A stretch of 64,000 bases of DNA. Source: Scenedesmus sp. PABB004 (lineage: Eukaryota). The stretch spans positions 310,001 through 374,000 of the forward strand of contig JABVCE010000024.1 of assembly GCA_014905635.1 (NCBI GenBank). Reading direction: 5' to 3'. The translations under genes and the position numbers were made by a program. Position 1 is the first letter of the stretch. The number at the start of each line of letters is the position of its first letter. This document shows, piece by piece, positions 29,559 through 41,808 of this stretch. Below the pieces are notes generated by a model. It did not search any database. It was given only the letters and a program-made list of their open reading frames with translations, and had not been told where the DNA came from.

Positions 29559-31493
29559 TCACACCGCCGCGCCGGAGGGGAGGTACTCGTACCGCACGCT
29601 GCCCGCGGCGCCGCGCATGAGCGAGGTCAGCTCCCAGTCGCTCGCGAGGTCGTCGGGCGACGGCGGCGCGCGGCGCGTGAAGCGCGGCGCCGGCGCCGAC
29701 CGCACGGCCGCCCAGTCGACGCCGGCGAAGAAGGGGTGGCACCGCACCTCGGCCAGGTCCCGGAAGCCTGGGTTAGGCGCGGCGCGGCGCAGCGCGGCGC
29801 GGCGCGTGAGGCGCGAGGCGCAGGGCGGGGCGGCGTCCGCGGCGCCCCAGCAGCGCCCCAGCAGCGCCCCAGCAGCGCCCCGGCGGCGCCCCGGCGGCGC
29901 ACCGATGCGCTGCGCGGGGTCGAGCTGCAGCAGGCGGTCGACCAGGTCGCGGCCGGCCGGCGGGAAGTCGGGCGGCCACTCGAGCGAGCGCGAGGTGATG
30001 AGCTGGAATGTCAGGTACTCGCTGCCGCCCTTGAACGGCGGCCGGCCGGCGAGGAGCTGGAACACGATGCAGCCGAGCGCCCAGAGGTCGGCCGCGTGGG
30101 AGATGCCCGCGTTGGTCAGCACCTCGGGGCTCACGTACTCCGCGGTGCCCACGAACGACGTCGCCCTGCGCCGGCCGCGGCCGCGGCGGCGGCGGCGGCG
30201 GTCGGTCGGCGGCCCCGCCCGGCGTCGGCGGCCCGCGCCGGCGCGCCCGCCGGCGCGCCCGGGCGCGGCCGCGGTCCGGACCTGTGGTTGCCGCTGAGCC
30301 GCGCGGTCGGGGGCAGGAAGAGGGCCTTGGCCGACCCAAAGTCGATGAGCTTGAGGTGCCCTTCGCCATCGAGCAGCAGGTTCTCGGGCTTCAGGTCGCG
30401 GTGGATGACGTCCATGGACCTGGGCGGCAGAGGAACGGGACGGGATGGTGGGACGGAACGGAACGGAACAGGACGGAACGGGGCGGACCACGGGACGGGG
30501 TCGGCGGGCGGGGCGGGGGCAAGCGCGGGCCCGCGGCGCGGCCGCGCCGCGGCGGCCGCCCCCGCCGCCGCCGCGCGCCCGCCCGCCCGGCGCAGAGGGC
30601 CGCCGCCGCACCGGAGGTAGCCGAGCACGTCGACCACCTCCGCGGCGTACTGCACCGCGTCGCGCAGCGGCAGCGGGCCGCGCGCGCAGAGCTGCTCGTA
30701 CAACTCCCCGCCCTCGCAGTGCTCCAGGCCGAGGTATAGCGACTCGTCGTCCTGCAAGCACGCGGCGCGGCGGCGCGCGCGCGCGGCGCGGCGGGGGCGC
30801 GCGTCAGCGGGGCGGGCTCCCCTCGCCGGTTGTGCGCCGCAGGCACCTGCGGCTGCGCCGGCGAGGGCCGCGCTGGCGGCGCGCCTGGAACGTGAACTGC
30901 AGCGCCGCGACGCCGGGGTGGTTGAGGCGGTCCAGGATGTTGCGCTCGTTGCGGATGTAGTCCACCATCTGCACCGTGTGTGTGTGTGTGTGCAGGCAGG
31001 AGCGGCGGCGCTGGTGGTGAGGGCGTGCGGCGCGCTGGCGGGCGTCGCGCGGGCGCGCCACGCGCGCCGCTGCCGTCGGCGGCAGAGCAGCAGCGGCGGC
31101 GGGAGCGGCAGCAGCGGCGGCGCGCCTTGTTTCGCAGGATGAGGGACTTGTTGACAATCTTGACCGCGTAGCAGCGCCCGTCGCCGCGGTAGCGCGCGAG
31201 CACGACCGTGCTGAAGCTGCCGTCGCCGAGGCGCTGCAGGATCTCAAAGTCGGCCACCGAGATCTGCAGCCTGCGCGCGGAGCGGGCACGGCGAGCGGCT
31301 CCGCGTGTGGGCGCGGGCGCGCTGCGGCGAGCGGGCGCGGCGCCGCCGCTGCTGCCCGCGTCCCCGCGGCGGCGCCACGGGCCGCATGGCCGCCGTGCGG
31401 CGCGTCCCCGGGCTTGGGGGCTCACTTGGGCGCGTTGTAGGCCTTGTCCCCGGCCGTGGCGGCGCCGCGCGCCTGCTCCACGGCCGCGGACAT
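29559..31493 (-). CDS. PDK1: 3-phosphoinositide-dependent protein kinase 1-like AGC kinase, no PH domain
   Basis: DFEILQRLGDGSFSTV, YAVKIVNK, YIRNERNILDRLNHPG, LQFTFQ|DDESLYLGLEHCEGGEL, HRDLKPENLLLD, DFGSAK, SFVGTAEYVSPEVL, DLWALGC, FKGGSEYLTFQ. Confidence 0.9.
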
Positions 31494-32418
31494 GTTGCAC
31501 GGTGCTGCTGCCGCGGCTGCAGGCGCCGTCGAGCACCGCCAGCACCAGGTCCGGCTTCCGACGGGCCGTCGGCCGCTGGAAGCCGCTGGGCGTGGTCCTG
31601 GCGCGCCCCGGCGCGCGGGGCGGGCCTCGAATGCCCCCGGAGGTGCTCGCTCGCTGCGCAGCGCTCTGCGGCCGCGGCGAGCCACGCGGGGGGAGGGCGG
31701 ACTTTGGACGGCCGCCGGGCGCGAGAGCCGGCCCTGATGGTGCGGCGGCAGCGGGGGCATCGTGCGGCGGCGCAGCCGCGCCCAGACCCCGGCGGCCGGG
31801 TCGCGGCGCCAGGCGGCTGGCGGCGGGGCCGCTGCCAGGCGCCGGGATGGGTGCAACTGCGCGCTGCCGCGGGCCCAGCGCTGCGACGCGTGAGCGCTGC
31901 GCGCGCGCGGTCCGAGAGCCCGGCGCGTGCCGCTCGCTGGCCGCCGCGCGTGTTGTTAAACGCAACACTCCCGCGCGGAGAAGGTGGTGGTGGTGCGGCA
32001 CACCAGCACACAGACTAGCACTACCAGCCGCAGCACGCACTGCCCCGACCTCGCCTCGCCCCGACCCCGCCCCGCCCGCGCTCCCCGCCCCCGCCGGAGG
32101 AGGCGCGGGCGCGCGGCCGCCGGCGCGCGCGCCGCCGCCCGCCGCTGCGGGCGCCGCGGGCGCCGCGGGCGCCGCGGCGGGCGGCGCCGCCGCGCCGCGC
32201 TGCTCTCACACGTCCGCGCGGACCAAACACCGCACGGCCGCTGGGCCGCGCCGCGGCCGCCCCGCTCCTGCTCCCGCTCGCGCGCCGCGCCACGCGCGCG
32301 CGCGCGCCGCTCCGCCCGCGCGCCTCTGCGCGCGCGCGGGCGCCGCGCGCGCCGCAGGCGCGCCCGCCGTGCAGTGGGGTTTAGGGGCCCTGCTGCGCCC
32401 CCAAAACCCTGGCGGCGC

Positions 32419-34746
32419 TCAGTTCATGCCGTACATCTTGCCGAACGAGGCGAGGATGTTGTTGTTGACCGGGTCGGCCAGGTGGTCCAGCAGGTTCTCG
32501 TACGGGCCCTTGCCAGTCATCACGGCCTGTGTTGGTTTGGGCGTGAGGGCAGGGCGAGTTGCGAGTGTGAGCGTGCGCGCGGGGTGTGCGTGGGCGTGGG
32601 GTGCGCGGGGCGCGCGCGCCGGCCGCAGCGGGGCGAGGACCATCCAAGGCGGCGGGCAGGGGCGCGGGGCGCGTGGCGCGGCGCGGCGCGGCGCGGCGCG
32701 CGCCTGCGCGCCGTAGCCAAAGACGGCGAGCATCGCCAGGCGGCCGTTCTTGATCTCGTTCAGCTTGAGCTTCTTCATGTCCGCCTCGCTCTTGGCGCCG
32801 AGGTTGAACAGGTTGAACCACGGGCCGCCTGGGGGCGCGAGCGGGAGCGGGCGGCGCGGGCGGGTCAGCACGTCGGCGTGGGCCCCGCCGCCGCTGTCGC
32901 CGAGGGCCCTCGCGCAGGTGTGTGTGTTGAGTGCGCGCACAACGCACCGGGGTAGGCGGGGTCGCCGGAGCCGCCCATGACCTTCTCGAGGCCGACAAAG
33001 TACTGCTTGCCCATGGAGCCGGGGTTCCTGCGGGGTGCAGGGTGCAGGGGTTCAGGGGTTGTAGCAGGGTCAGGGCCGAGTCAGGGTTCAGCAAACACGC
33101 GCGCGCGGCCGAGCCTCTTGCCCCCGGGCGCGCGCCCCGCCGCCCGCCGCGCGAGCACGAGTACTCGGTGCACGCACTTGAAGTCCTGCCACCTGCGCAG
33201 CTCGGCGAACTGCATGGCGAGCACCTCGATGAAGAAGAGGGAGTAGGGGTCGGTCCAGTACTTGTCGTACGTGCCCGCGGGCGGGATGACGCCCGTCTCA
33301 AACCACCTGGGCGGAGGCGGGGACGCGGCCGGGCGGGAGGGGAGCGGCGGGTGCGCGGGCGGCGGCAGGGAGGGGAGGGCCGTGAGAGGGAGGTGAGCAG
33401 GAGGGAGGGCGAGCGGAGGGGGGAGGGCTGTGCGAGGGAGCGCGGGCGCGGGCGCGTGCAGGGCGCGGGCGGGCGCGTGCCTGATGTCGACGCCGATGCC
33501 GGCCTTGCCCAGGATCTCCGGGGCGATGCAGCCGGCCGCGCCGAGCATGGCCCAGCGGCAGTGGATGACCTGCGCGGCGCGCGGGGGTGTGGGCCGCCGC
33601 CCGACCGCGCGCAGCTGCTGCGGCCCCGCGGGCCCTCCCAGGGCGCGCCGGCGGGCGCCGCTCCCCCCGCTGCCGCCGCTGCCGCCGCTGCCGCCGGCGC
33701 CTGCTGCTTGACGGCGCCTGCTCGTCGCTGGCGCTGTCTGCTCCTCGCCGGCGCTGCCTGCCCCGCCTGAGCCCCGCCCGCCGCGGCCGCGTGCTCCGCC
33801 GCCGCTGCGTGCCGTCGCGCGCCCCTGGCCGCCGCGCCGCCAGCTCCAGGCGCTCGCCGCAGCCGCGTGCTCCGGCTGATCCCCCCGTCGCCGGCGCCGC
33901 CGGCCCGTGCTGCCGCCGCCGACGTTGCGCCGTGCCCAGGCCCCGCCCGCCCGGCCCCCGCCGCCCGCCGACCCGCCCAGCCAAGCAATCAACCAGTCAC
34001 CTCGGAGTACTGCAGCCACTGCGGGGTGACGAAGCCGCCGCTGTTCACGGGGTCCATCAGGCCCAGGGGGTCGAAGCCAAAGTCGCTGCGCACGGGCCGC
34101 GGGTGCCGCGGGGCGAGGGTGGGCTCGGGGCGCGCGCGCGGCCGCGCGCTGCGCGGCCGCGGCCCGAGGTCCCCCGCCGCGCCGGGGCCGCCAGGGCCGG
34201 CCGTCGCCGCCGGCGGCGCAGCCGGCGGCGCCCGCGCCGCGCGGATCGCCGCCGATCTCGGCCGCGCCGCGCGGGCGCGCTGCTGCGCCCGCGGCGCGCC
34301 GCTGCGGCGCGCGCGCACCCCGGCAGGGTGCCGTCGAGGTACTGCAGGGTGCTCTCGCTCGAGAAGTAGAGCTGGTCCTTGCTGCGGTCCACCTGCGGGG
34401 GTGCACGGGCCCCAGGCCCGGGTCGGCCGGCATCCTGCTGCTCCCCGGCGCTGGCCGGCGCCGGCGCCCGCGCCGCGGCGCGTGGCGGTGCCTGACGCCC
34501 TCTTCACCCCTCCGCGGCCACCGCTGCGGCGGTCAGGGGCCCCAGCGCGCGCCCGCACCTTGGCGATGCTGCTGCCCTCCTCCGCGCGGCACACCAGGCT
34601 GCGCCTGGAGGTCGCCTTGGAGGCGATGGCCGACTTGGTGGCCTGCGTAACGCGATTGCAGCCTCAGAGGCGGGCCCCGAGCAGCGGGCGCGCCAGCGCG
34701 CCAGCCCACCCACCAGGCCGCTGGCCGCCCGCATGGTGAACGCCAT
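32419..34746 (-). CDS. LHCA3: Photosystem I light-harvesting chlorophyll a/b protein LHCA3
   Basis: [69 protein letters not shown]..|[52 protein letters not shown]. 9 exons. Confidence 0.95.
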
Positions 34747-35225
34747 TGTTACAGCTGTGGTCGGGTCGGGACACGCAAGCTGCTCGCGCCACGCCGCGCC
34801 GCGGCGCCGCGCGCGAGTATGGCCCGGCGATCCGAGATGCTGGACCCCCGCGCAGAACCCGCGCGCCCGCGAACTGGTGTGGCGAACGCGCCGCGCAGCT
34901 GGCGCCGCAGCCCGCGCCGACGCGCCACGGCGGCCGAGCCGCGCTCGAGCGGCGCGCGGCGCCCGCCCGCCGGGGCTGGGCGGCTGGCCGGGCGCCTCGG
35001 CAGATGCCGCAGGCGTGGTGGGGGAGCGCGGCGCGCCGGCCAGCTGCTGGGTCGGCGCGGGCCCAGCCCTCTGAAGCGGCGCCGCCGAGCCCACATCCCC
35101 CGGCGCGGCGTGGTGGTGCACGGCGGACGGCGGCGGGCACGAGCGACCGCCCGTGGCCGGCGCCCGCCGTCACACGAGCTTGCTCTCCACGCGCTTGATG
35201 CTGGGCCGCAGCTGCGCGCACGTGG
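34710..35225 (-). repeat. Block A: inverted copy of 39677-40191 (IMP1 last exon and 3' UTR / LHCA3 upstream region and exon 1)
   Basis: Reverse-complement match with scattered substitutions, e.g. GAGTATGGCCC vs GAGTATGACCC. Confidence 0.93.
35170..35211 (-). pseudogene. Orphan copy of the IMP1 terminal exon ([13 protein letters not shown]) upstream of LHCA3
   Basis: Matches 39691-39732 including the CAG acceptor, but has no upstream IMP1 exons. Confidence 0.8.
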
Positions 35226-35368
35226 GGCTTCTGGCGCCCCAGCGACGCGCCAGCCGCGACGCACCGGAGCCGCGAGCGGCGGGCGCTGCGCGCCCGCCGC
35301 TGCTCCGACTTGGCGGCTTTGAGCTGCGCAGCGCTGCCGGGCTGCGCCAGCGCGCAGACAGGCCGCAC

Positions 35369-35873
35369 CAGCGGCCTGCGGTCGCCGCGGGGCTGTCAGC
35401 GCTTGCTGTAGTGGCGGCGGCAGCGCGCGTGGTCTTGTCGGGCGGCGCGGGGACTGCTCCGAGCGCTGCGTGCGCGTCACGGGCGTTCCATGCTTCCGTG
35501 CGCCGTGCGACGGCGCTCGGCGGCGCGGCAGGCCTCGCGCGCCCGTCCGCACAGGGCCTGCCCGGGGGCTCGCGGCATGCGCGCGACCCTCGCACGCGCG
35601 GGCTGCGCGCGTGCCGCGGCTGCCGCGCCGCCCGCGCGTCCCCGGCTCATCGCGCTGCGTCGCGCGCTGCGTGGAGCCGGCGGCCCGTGCGGAGGTGGCA
35701 CGCCGCGCGGCTCAGAACCCTCGGCTTGGAACGTGCCAACCGGGAACGCCAATAAAGTGCGCCGCGCCCCCGCCGCCCGCACCACTGCGAGCCCGCCGTG
35801 CCACAGCGCCTGTCTCCGCGCTCCCCGCCCGTCCGGCCCCGCCCCCACACCAGCCGTCAGCCCCGCACGCGCC
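35369..35873 (+). repeat. Block B: inverted copy of 40314-40821 (LSM12 3' region / DUF506 upstream region)
   Basis: Reverse-complement match with a few substitutions/indels. Contains CCAATAAA at ~35749-35756. Confidence 0.93.
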
Positions 35874-35969
35874 CCGCTCGCGCGCCGCGCTCGCCCGGCA
35901 GCCGCACCATGGTCGCCCTCTTGGCCCCCCGCGCCCCGCCCAACCCTCGTCCCGTGCCCGCGCGCAGCC

Positions 35970-38131
35970 ATGGCGCCGCCGCGCGCTGGGGGCAGGGCCG
36001 CCCGCGCCACACGGCGGGCGGGCTCCCCGAGTACTGCATTTGTTGAGCCTCTCGAGCCCCCGCGCGCCGCCACGGCGTCCGAGGACCTTCTCTTCGGCCC
36101 GCCCGAGGGCCTGGAGGTGCGTTCCGGACTGGCGCGCCGGGCGCGGATCCGGGGCGTGCGCGGATGTGCGGGATGTGCGGCCCGCGTGCCTCACCCTTTC
36201 TGCCGCGCCCCGCGCAGGACGCCCCCGGCACCGAGGTCGTCGACACCCTCCTGGTGGACGCGCTCGTGGCCGAGGTCGAGGCCGGCAAGCAGGCCAGCGG
36301 CGGCGTGGGCGCGCCGGAGGTGCGCGGCGCGCACGCCCGCGCGGGCCGGCAGCTGCCCGGCAGCTCCCCGGCCAGCTGCAGTTGGGCGCCGCAGCTGCAG
36401 TTGTGCGCGCGCCTCACACCTCACCGCGCGCACGCGCGCCCGCCCGCAGGTCGCCAAGTTTGTGGACGCGTGGGCGCCGACCGCCGCCGACGCGCCCCCG
36501 GGCGCGGCGCTCGCGGCGCTCGCGGCGCAGCTGCACGAGCGCCGCCCCGTGCTCTACCTCGCCGGCGCCCCCGAGCCGCTGCCCGCGAGCGTGCTGCTGC
36601 GCACGGGCCGCAAGCCCGCGCCCGGCGCGCTCGGCGCGGGCGGGCCGGCGCGCCTGTTCAAGTCCCCGGCCGCCTCGTTCGTGGTGATCAAGTTCCCGCC
36701 CCAGTTCGGCTATGCAGGTGCGCCGCCGCCGCCGCAGCAGCCGCCGCGGCAGCCGCCGCGCCGCGCCGCCCGCACCGCGCCCGCACCACATCGCCGACGC
36801 CGCGCCGCTCACCGCCGCCCGCCCGCCCGCGCGCAGACATCCTGGTTGACCCTCACTTCAAGGATGCCTTCATCCAGCAGCCCTCCACGGCGACCTTCGA
36901 CGCGCTGCTCGCCCGCCTGCCGCGCGCGTTCGTCGGCACCGCGGCGGAGCTGCGCCGCGTCGTCGCGCTGCTGAGCGCGCAGAGCGCACACGCCTACGCC
37001 GCGAAGGGCGCGACCTGCCCGCCGTGGCGCCGCTTCGACGCCATGCTCGCGCGCTGGCTGCCTGCCCAGTATGACGACGCGATCGTCGGCGGCGCCAGCT
37101 CGCCGGGCGGCAGCCCCGCCGCGGGCGGCGCGTGGAGCCCCGTCGGCGCGCGCTGGGGCAGCGCCAGCAGCGCCGGCAGCGCGCGGGGCAGCGCCGCCGA
37201 CTCGTCGCCGCGCTCGGTGGTGACCGGCTTCACCGTGGCCGCCCCGGCGCCGCCCGCGGAGGCGGCGCCGGAGGCCGCGCCGGAGGCCGCGCCCGCGCCC
37301 GCTCCGGCGGCGCCGGCGGCCGAGGCGCCGCCGGCGCCCGCCGCCGGCGTGGCCCAGGCCAGCAAGGCCGACCTGGTGGCCGCCGGCGAGCTGGGCTCGC
37401 CCGCCGTGGGCAGCTGGGGCCTCGCGGCGGTGCGCGACGCGCCGCTCGGCTCCGACGACGGCGACGAGGACGACGGCGGCGGCAGCAGCAGCGACTTTGT
37501 CACTGCCAGCGAGGGCGAGGACGAGCCGCCAGAGGAGCCCGCGACGCCGCGCGGCGCGGCCGGCGCGGCCGGGGCGGCCGGCGCGGCCGGCGCGGCCGGG
37601 GCGGCGCGCGCCAAGCGCACGCCGTCTGGCCTGCTCGCCGCCGCGGTGGCGAGCGCGCCGCCGCTGGACCCCGCCGCCGCGCTGCTGGCGGCCAACGGCT
37701 ACACGAGCCGCTCCGTGCGGCTCGCAGACCCCGCTGCGGCCGCCGCGGCGTCCGCGGCGATCGCGGCCGTCAGCGCCAAGCGCCGCCGCCTCGGCGCCCG
37801 CTCCGACGGCGGCGCCAGCGGCGGCGGCGGCGGCGGCGGTCGCGGGCTGGACCGCGGCCCGCGAGCGGCGGGCGGGCTGCGCCCCGGCAGCGCGGGCGGC
37901 CACGCGCCACACGGCCGCGGGCCGGGGCCCGGCACGCCCAGCCTCAAGACGCTCGCCGACGCCGCTGGCGGCGGCGGCCTGCCCGCGGCGCTGGCGCGCC
38001 TGCGCGAGGCGACGTGGCGCGCGGGCGCGCGTGGCGCGGTGCCCTGCGGCGGCCGCGCGGGCGCGCGGCGCCTGGTGCGGCTCGCCTCGAGCGAGGGCGG
38101 CGGGCACGCGCTGAGCGCGCGCGCGGCGTGA
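35970..38131 (+). CDS. DUF506 (plant PD-(D/E)XK-like) family protein with long low-complexity C-terminus
   Basis: ILVDPHFKDAF..STATFDALLARLPRAFVGTAAELRRVVALLSAQSAHAYAAKG..CPPWRR..MLARW fits the DUF506 core. 4 exons. Confidence 0.82.
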
Positions 38132-38885
38132 TGACTGCTGCCGACTGCGCGGCGTGATTGAGTTTTGGAGCGCGAGGGGAAGGGTGGGGGGGTTCAGGGG
38201 CAGGCCCAGGCTCCGTGCTTCTGCTGGACGCGCGTGCTCCCGACGGCCCGCCGCGCCGCCCTGTGTCGCGCGCGCGCGGCTGCCACAGACTGCAGGAAGG
38301 AAGACTTAAGGGGATTGGGGCATAAAGGGTTGGGCGAAAAAGGTTCCCGTAACACTTCGGGGTTGACGATGCCGCTCGGTCAGCCGTCGTCGTGACCGGC
38401 CGCGTCGCGCTCTTGTGCCGCAGCTGCCAAGCCAGCCGTCACGGCCGCGTCCTCGGCTCAGACACAGTCCCCCTCCGCTGTGGCTCCATCTGCAGCATAG
38501 CCGCGCGCACGCGGCAGCAGCGGCGGCGGAACCGGCAGCAGCGGCACCGGAGCACCCCAGGCAAACGCGGGGGCTCGTCGCGGCCACCCGTGCAGAGCTC
38601 GCACTCCTGAGCTGACAGCGCGCCCGCCGCAGAAGCAGCAGCGCTGCTGGGCGAGCCGCGGCTGGCAGCGGCCCTGCCGGCAGCACCGAGGGCCCGGCTA
38701 CTGGCCAGGTCCTGCAGGAGGGGTGCTCAGCGGGCGCCCAGCTCTCCGCACCCTGCGCCCGGCTGCGCGCCGTGGCCGCGCCGCGCCGCGCGGCGCACAG
38801 CAGCAGCGGCGGCCCGCCGGGCGGCGGGGAAGCGCGCCCGCCCGTGGGTTCATTGAGCACGGCGCCAACTGCAGCAGCGGCGGCC

Positions 38886-39732
38886 ATGGTCCAGGGCGCG
38901 TGGTCCAGGGCGCTCTGGTTCGTGCGCGTGCCGTCGCTGATCTACGTGGGCTTCACCTATGGAGCGTTTCCAACGCAGGTGGGCGCCGCGCGCGGGCGGC
39001 GGCGCGTGCCTGGCAGCAGCACCCGCCGGCACGCACGCACGCCGCGGCGCCCACACGGCGGGCCCCACCGGCGCAGGTCAACGGGCCCAGCATGTTCCCC
39101 ACCTTCACGGGGCGCGGCGAGTGGGTGCTCGCGGAGGCGCTGCCGGGCGTGGCGGACCGCGTCGCCATGGGTGCGCGCGCCGCGCGGCGCCGCCGTGCCG
39201 CCCGTGGCGCCCGCGCCGCGACGCCCGCCCGCGCCGCCCGCGCCAGGCGACGTGGTGATCAGCACGCGGCCCATATCGGCGGATGAGAACATCATCAAGC
39301 GCGTCACCGCGCTTGCAGGACAGACTGTGACCCTCTTCCGGCCGGGCGAGCTCGCGCCCACAGTGCTGACGGTGCGGCGCGCGGCAGCGGCGCGGCGGCC
39401 GCGCTGCCGCCCGCGATGCCGCCGCGCCGCGCGCGCTGCCGCCCGCGACGCCGCGACGGGCCGCGCCGCCGCGCGCAGGTGCCCAAGGGCCACGTCTGGC
39501 TGCAGGGCGACAACCTCACGCTCTCCCGCGACTCACGGGAGTACGGGCCGGTGCCCCTTGCTCTGATCAAGGGCCGCGTGGTGCTGCAGGTGCGGGGCGC
39601 GGGGGCGGGCGGGCCGCGGCCGGGCGCCGCGCCGTGCGGTGCGCCCGGCCTGAGCACCTGTTGCCCGCCCCGCCTGCCACGTGCGCGCAGCTGCGGCCCA
39701 GCATCAAGCGCGTGGAGAGCAAGCTCGTGTGA
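38886..39732 (+). CDS. IMP1: Mitochondrial inner membrane peptidase subunit (IMP1-like, peptidase S26)
   Basis: [10 protein letters not shown] (catalytic Ser), GDVVIST.P...[10 protein letters not shown] (catalytic Lys), [12 protein letters not shown]...[19 protein letters not shown]. 5 exons. Confidence 0.9.
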
Positions 39733-40191
39733 CGGCGGGCGCCGGCCACGGGCGGTCGCTCGTGCCCGCCGCCGCCCGCTGCACCACCACGCCGCGCCGG
39801 GGGCTGCGGGCTCGGCAGCGCCGCGCCAGAGGGCTGGGCCCGCGCCGACCCAGCAGCTGGCCGGCGTGCCGCGCTCCCCCACCACGCCCGCGGCATCTGC
39901 CGAGGCGCCCGGCCAGCCGCCCAGCCCCCGGCGGGCGGGCGCCGCGCGCCGCTCGAGCGCGGCTCGGCCGCAATGGCGCGTCGGCGCGGGCTGCGGCGCC
40001 AGCTGCGCGGCGCGTTCGCCACACCAGTTCACGGGCGCGCGGGTTCTGCGCGGGGGTCCAGAATCTCGGATCGCCGGGTCATACTCGCGCGCGGCGCCGC
40101 GGCGCGGCGTGGCGCGAGCAGCTTGCGTGTCCCGACCCGACCACAGCTGTAACAATGGCGTTCACCATGCGGGCGGCCAGCGGCCTGGTGG
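39677..40191 (+). repeat. Block A': IMP1 3' end, carrying TGTAA (40148-40152) and an orphan LHCA3 exon 1 (ATG 40155)
   Basis: Inverted duplicate of 34710-35225. Confidence 0.93.
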
Positions 40192-40313
40192 CTGGCGTGC
40201 TGCGCGCTGCGCCGCCGGCACGCCGCCGCGCGCAGCGATCCGCCGCCAGCTGCAGCCGGCCGAGGCGCATGTGGCGTTGCTGACACGATCGCCAAGCTGC
40301 CTGGCGCAGGCCA

Positions 40314-40821
40314 GGCGCGGGCGGGGCTGACGGCTGGTGTGGGGTCGGGGCCGGACGGGCGCGCGGCGAGGCGACGGGCGCTGTGGCACGGCGGGCTCGC
40401 AGTGGTGCGGGCGGCGGGGGCGCGGCGCACTTTATTGGCGTTCCCGGTTGGCACGTTCCAAGCCGAGGGTTCTGAGCCGCGCGGCGTCCCACCTCCCGCC
40501 GGGCCGCCGGCTCCGCCACGCAGCGCGCGACGCAGCGCGATGAGCCGGGGACGCGCGGGCGGCGCGGCAGCCGCGGCACGCGCGCAGCCCGCGCGTGCGA
40601 GGGTCGCGCGCATGCCGCGAGCCCCCGGGCAGGCCCTGTGCGGACGGGCGCGCGAGGCCTGCCGCGCCGCCGAGCGCCGTCGCACGGCGCACGGAAGCAT
40701 GGAACGCCCGTGACGCGCACGCAGCGCTCGGAGCAGTCCCCGCGCCGCCCGACAAGACCACGCGCGCTGCCGCCGCCGCTACAGCAAGCGCTGACAGCCC
40801 CGCGGCGACCGCAGGCCGCTG
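40314..40821 (-). repeat. Block B': LSM12 3' region
   Basis: Inverted duplicate of 35369-35873; begins ~37 nt after the LSM12 stop. Confidence 0.93.
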
Positions 40822-40857
40822 CAGCGCGCCGCGGGCCGCGCGCCGCCGCCGCGGCGC

Positions 40858-41808
40858 CTAGGCCAGGCCGAGGCGCTGGCGCTCGGCGTTCAGCACCTTG
40901 CGCACGCGCTCCAGCGCGCCCGGGTGGTCGCTCGTGGTGGTCACCGCCTCGGGCGTGTACGGCGGCTGCACCGTGACCTGCGGCGGCGGCGGGCGGCGGG
41001 GACGGCGTGGGCTTTCGTGCGCGCGCGCGCCTGCCCGGCGCTCCGCCCCGCGTGGCGCGATCAGCCCGCCCGCCCGCGCGCGCCCCGGCGGCGCGCGCGC
41101 CCCTAGTTCGCCTGCCGGCCCCGCCCGCCCGCCCGGCGCGGCGCGCGCGGCGCCCTCCCCGCCGCGCGCGCACCACGTCCATGACGCTGATGGCGCGGCC
41201 GACCCAGACGCAGGGCATGGTCTTGCAGAGCGCGTCAAAGAGGCTCTGCGCCTCGCGCGTCACGCCCTCGCCGACCTTGGCGCGGTCGGCCTCGGCCTGC
41301 GCGAGCGCCTTGGCCTCGCGCTGCGCCGCGCGCTCGCGGTCGACGTGCGGCAGGCGCAGCTCCGCGGCCGCCCGCTCCGCGCTGCAGCGCTCCGCGCTGA
41401 GGACCTGCAGCTGCGCGGCCTTGTAGAGGCGGAGGTTGACCACGCCGCCGTGCGTGCCGGGCTCCCGGATCATCACCACGTCCGTCGCCGCGTCGTAGCC
41501 AAACACTATGCCCCCGATCTCCTGCGCAGCGCGGCGGCGGCGGCCGGGCGGAGGCAGGGCGCGTTGCGGCGGCGCGCCCGCCGCGTGCGCTGGCGGCCGC
41601 CCGGGCGCCCGGTCGCCAGGCGCCTGCTGCTGCCGCTGCTGCTGCTGCCGCTGCGCGCGCGCTGCCGCCGCTGCCGCGCTGCTGCTGCGGTGACGGGCCC
41701 GCGGCGGGCCCGTCACATAGAGCCCCGCACCTCCTTGGTGTGCGCCGTGAGCACGCGCACGCTGCAGCCCACCACCCAGTCCAGCGAGCTCGCGGCCTCG
41801 CCGGCCAT
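40858..41808 (-). CDS. LSM12: LSM12-like protein (Sm-like domain + anticodon-binding AD domain)
   Basis: VGCSVRVLT..|EIGGIVFGYDAATDVVMI, KVGEGVTREAQSLFDALCKTMPCVW..ISVMDV|VTVQPPYTPE..ALERVRKVLNAER. Confidence 0.88.

Noticed and set aside
34710..40821. Inverted repeats as transposon TIRs or an invertible recombinase switch
   Set aside because: The blocks are host UTR/exon sequence in A,B..A',B' order. No transposase or recombinase is present and no target-site duplication was seen.
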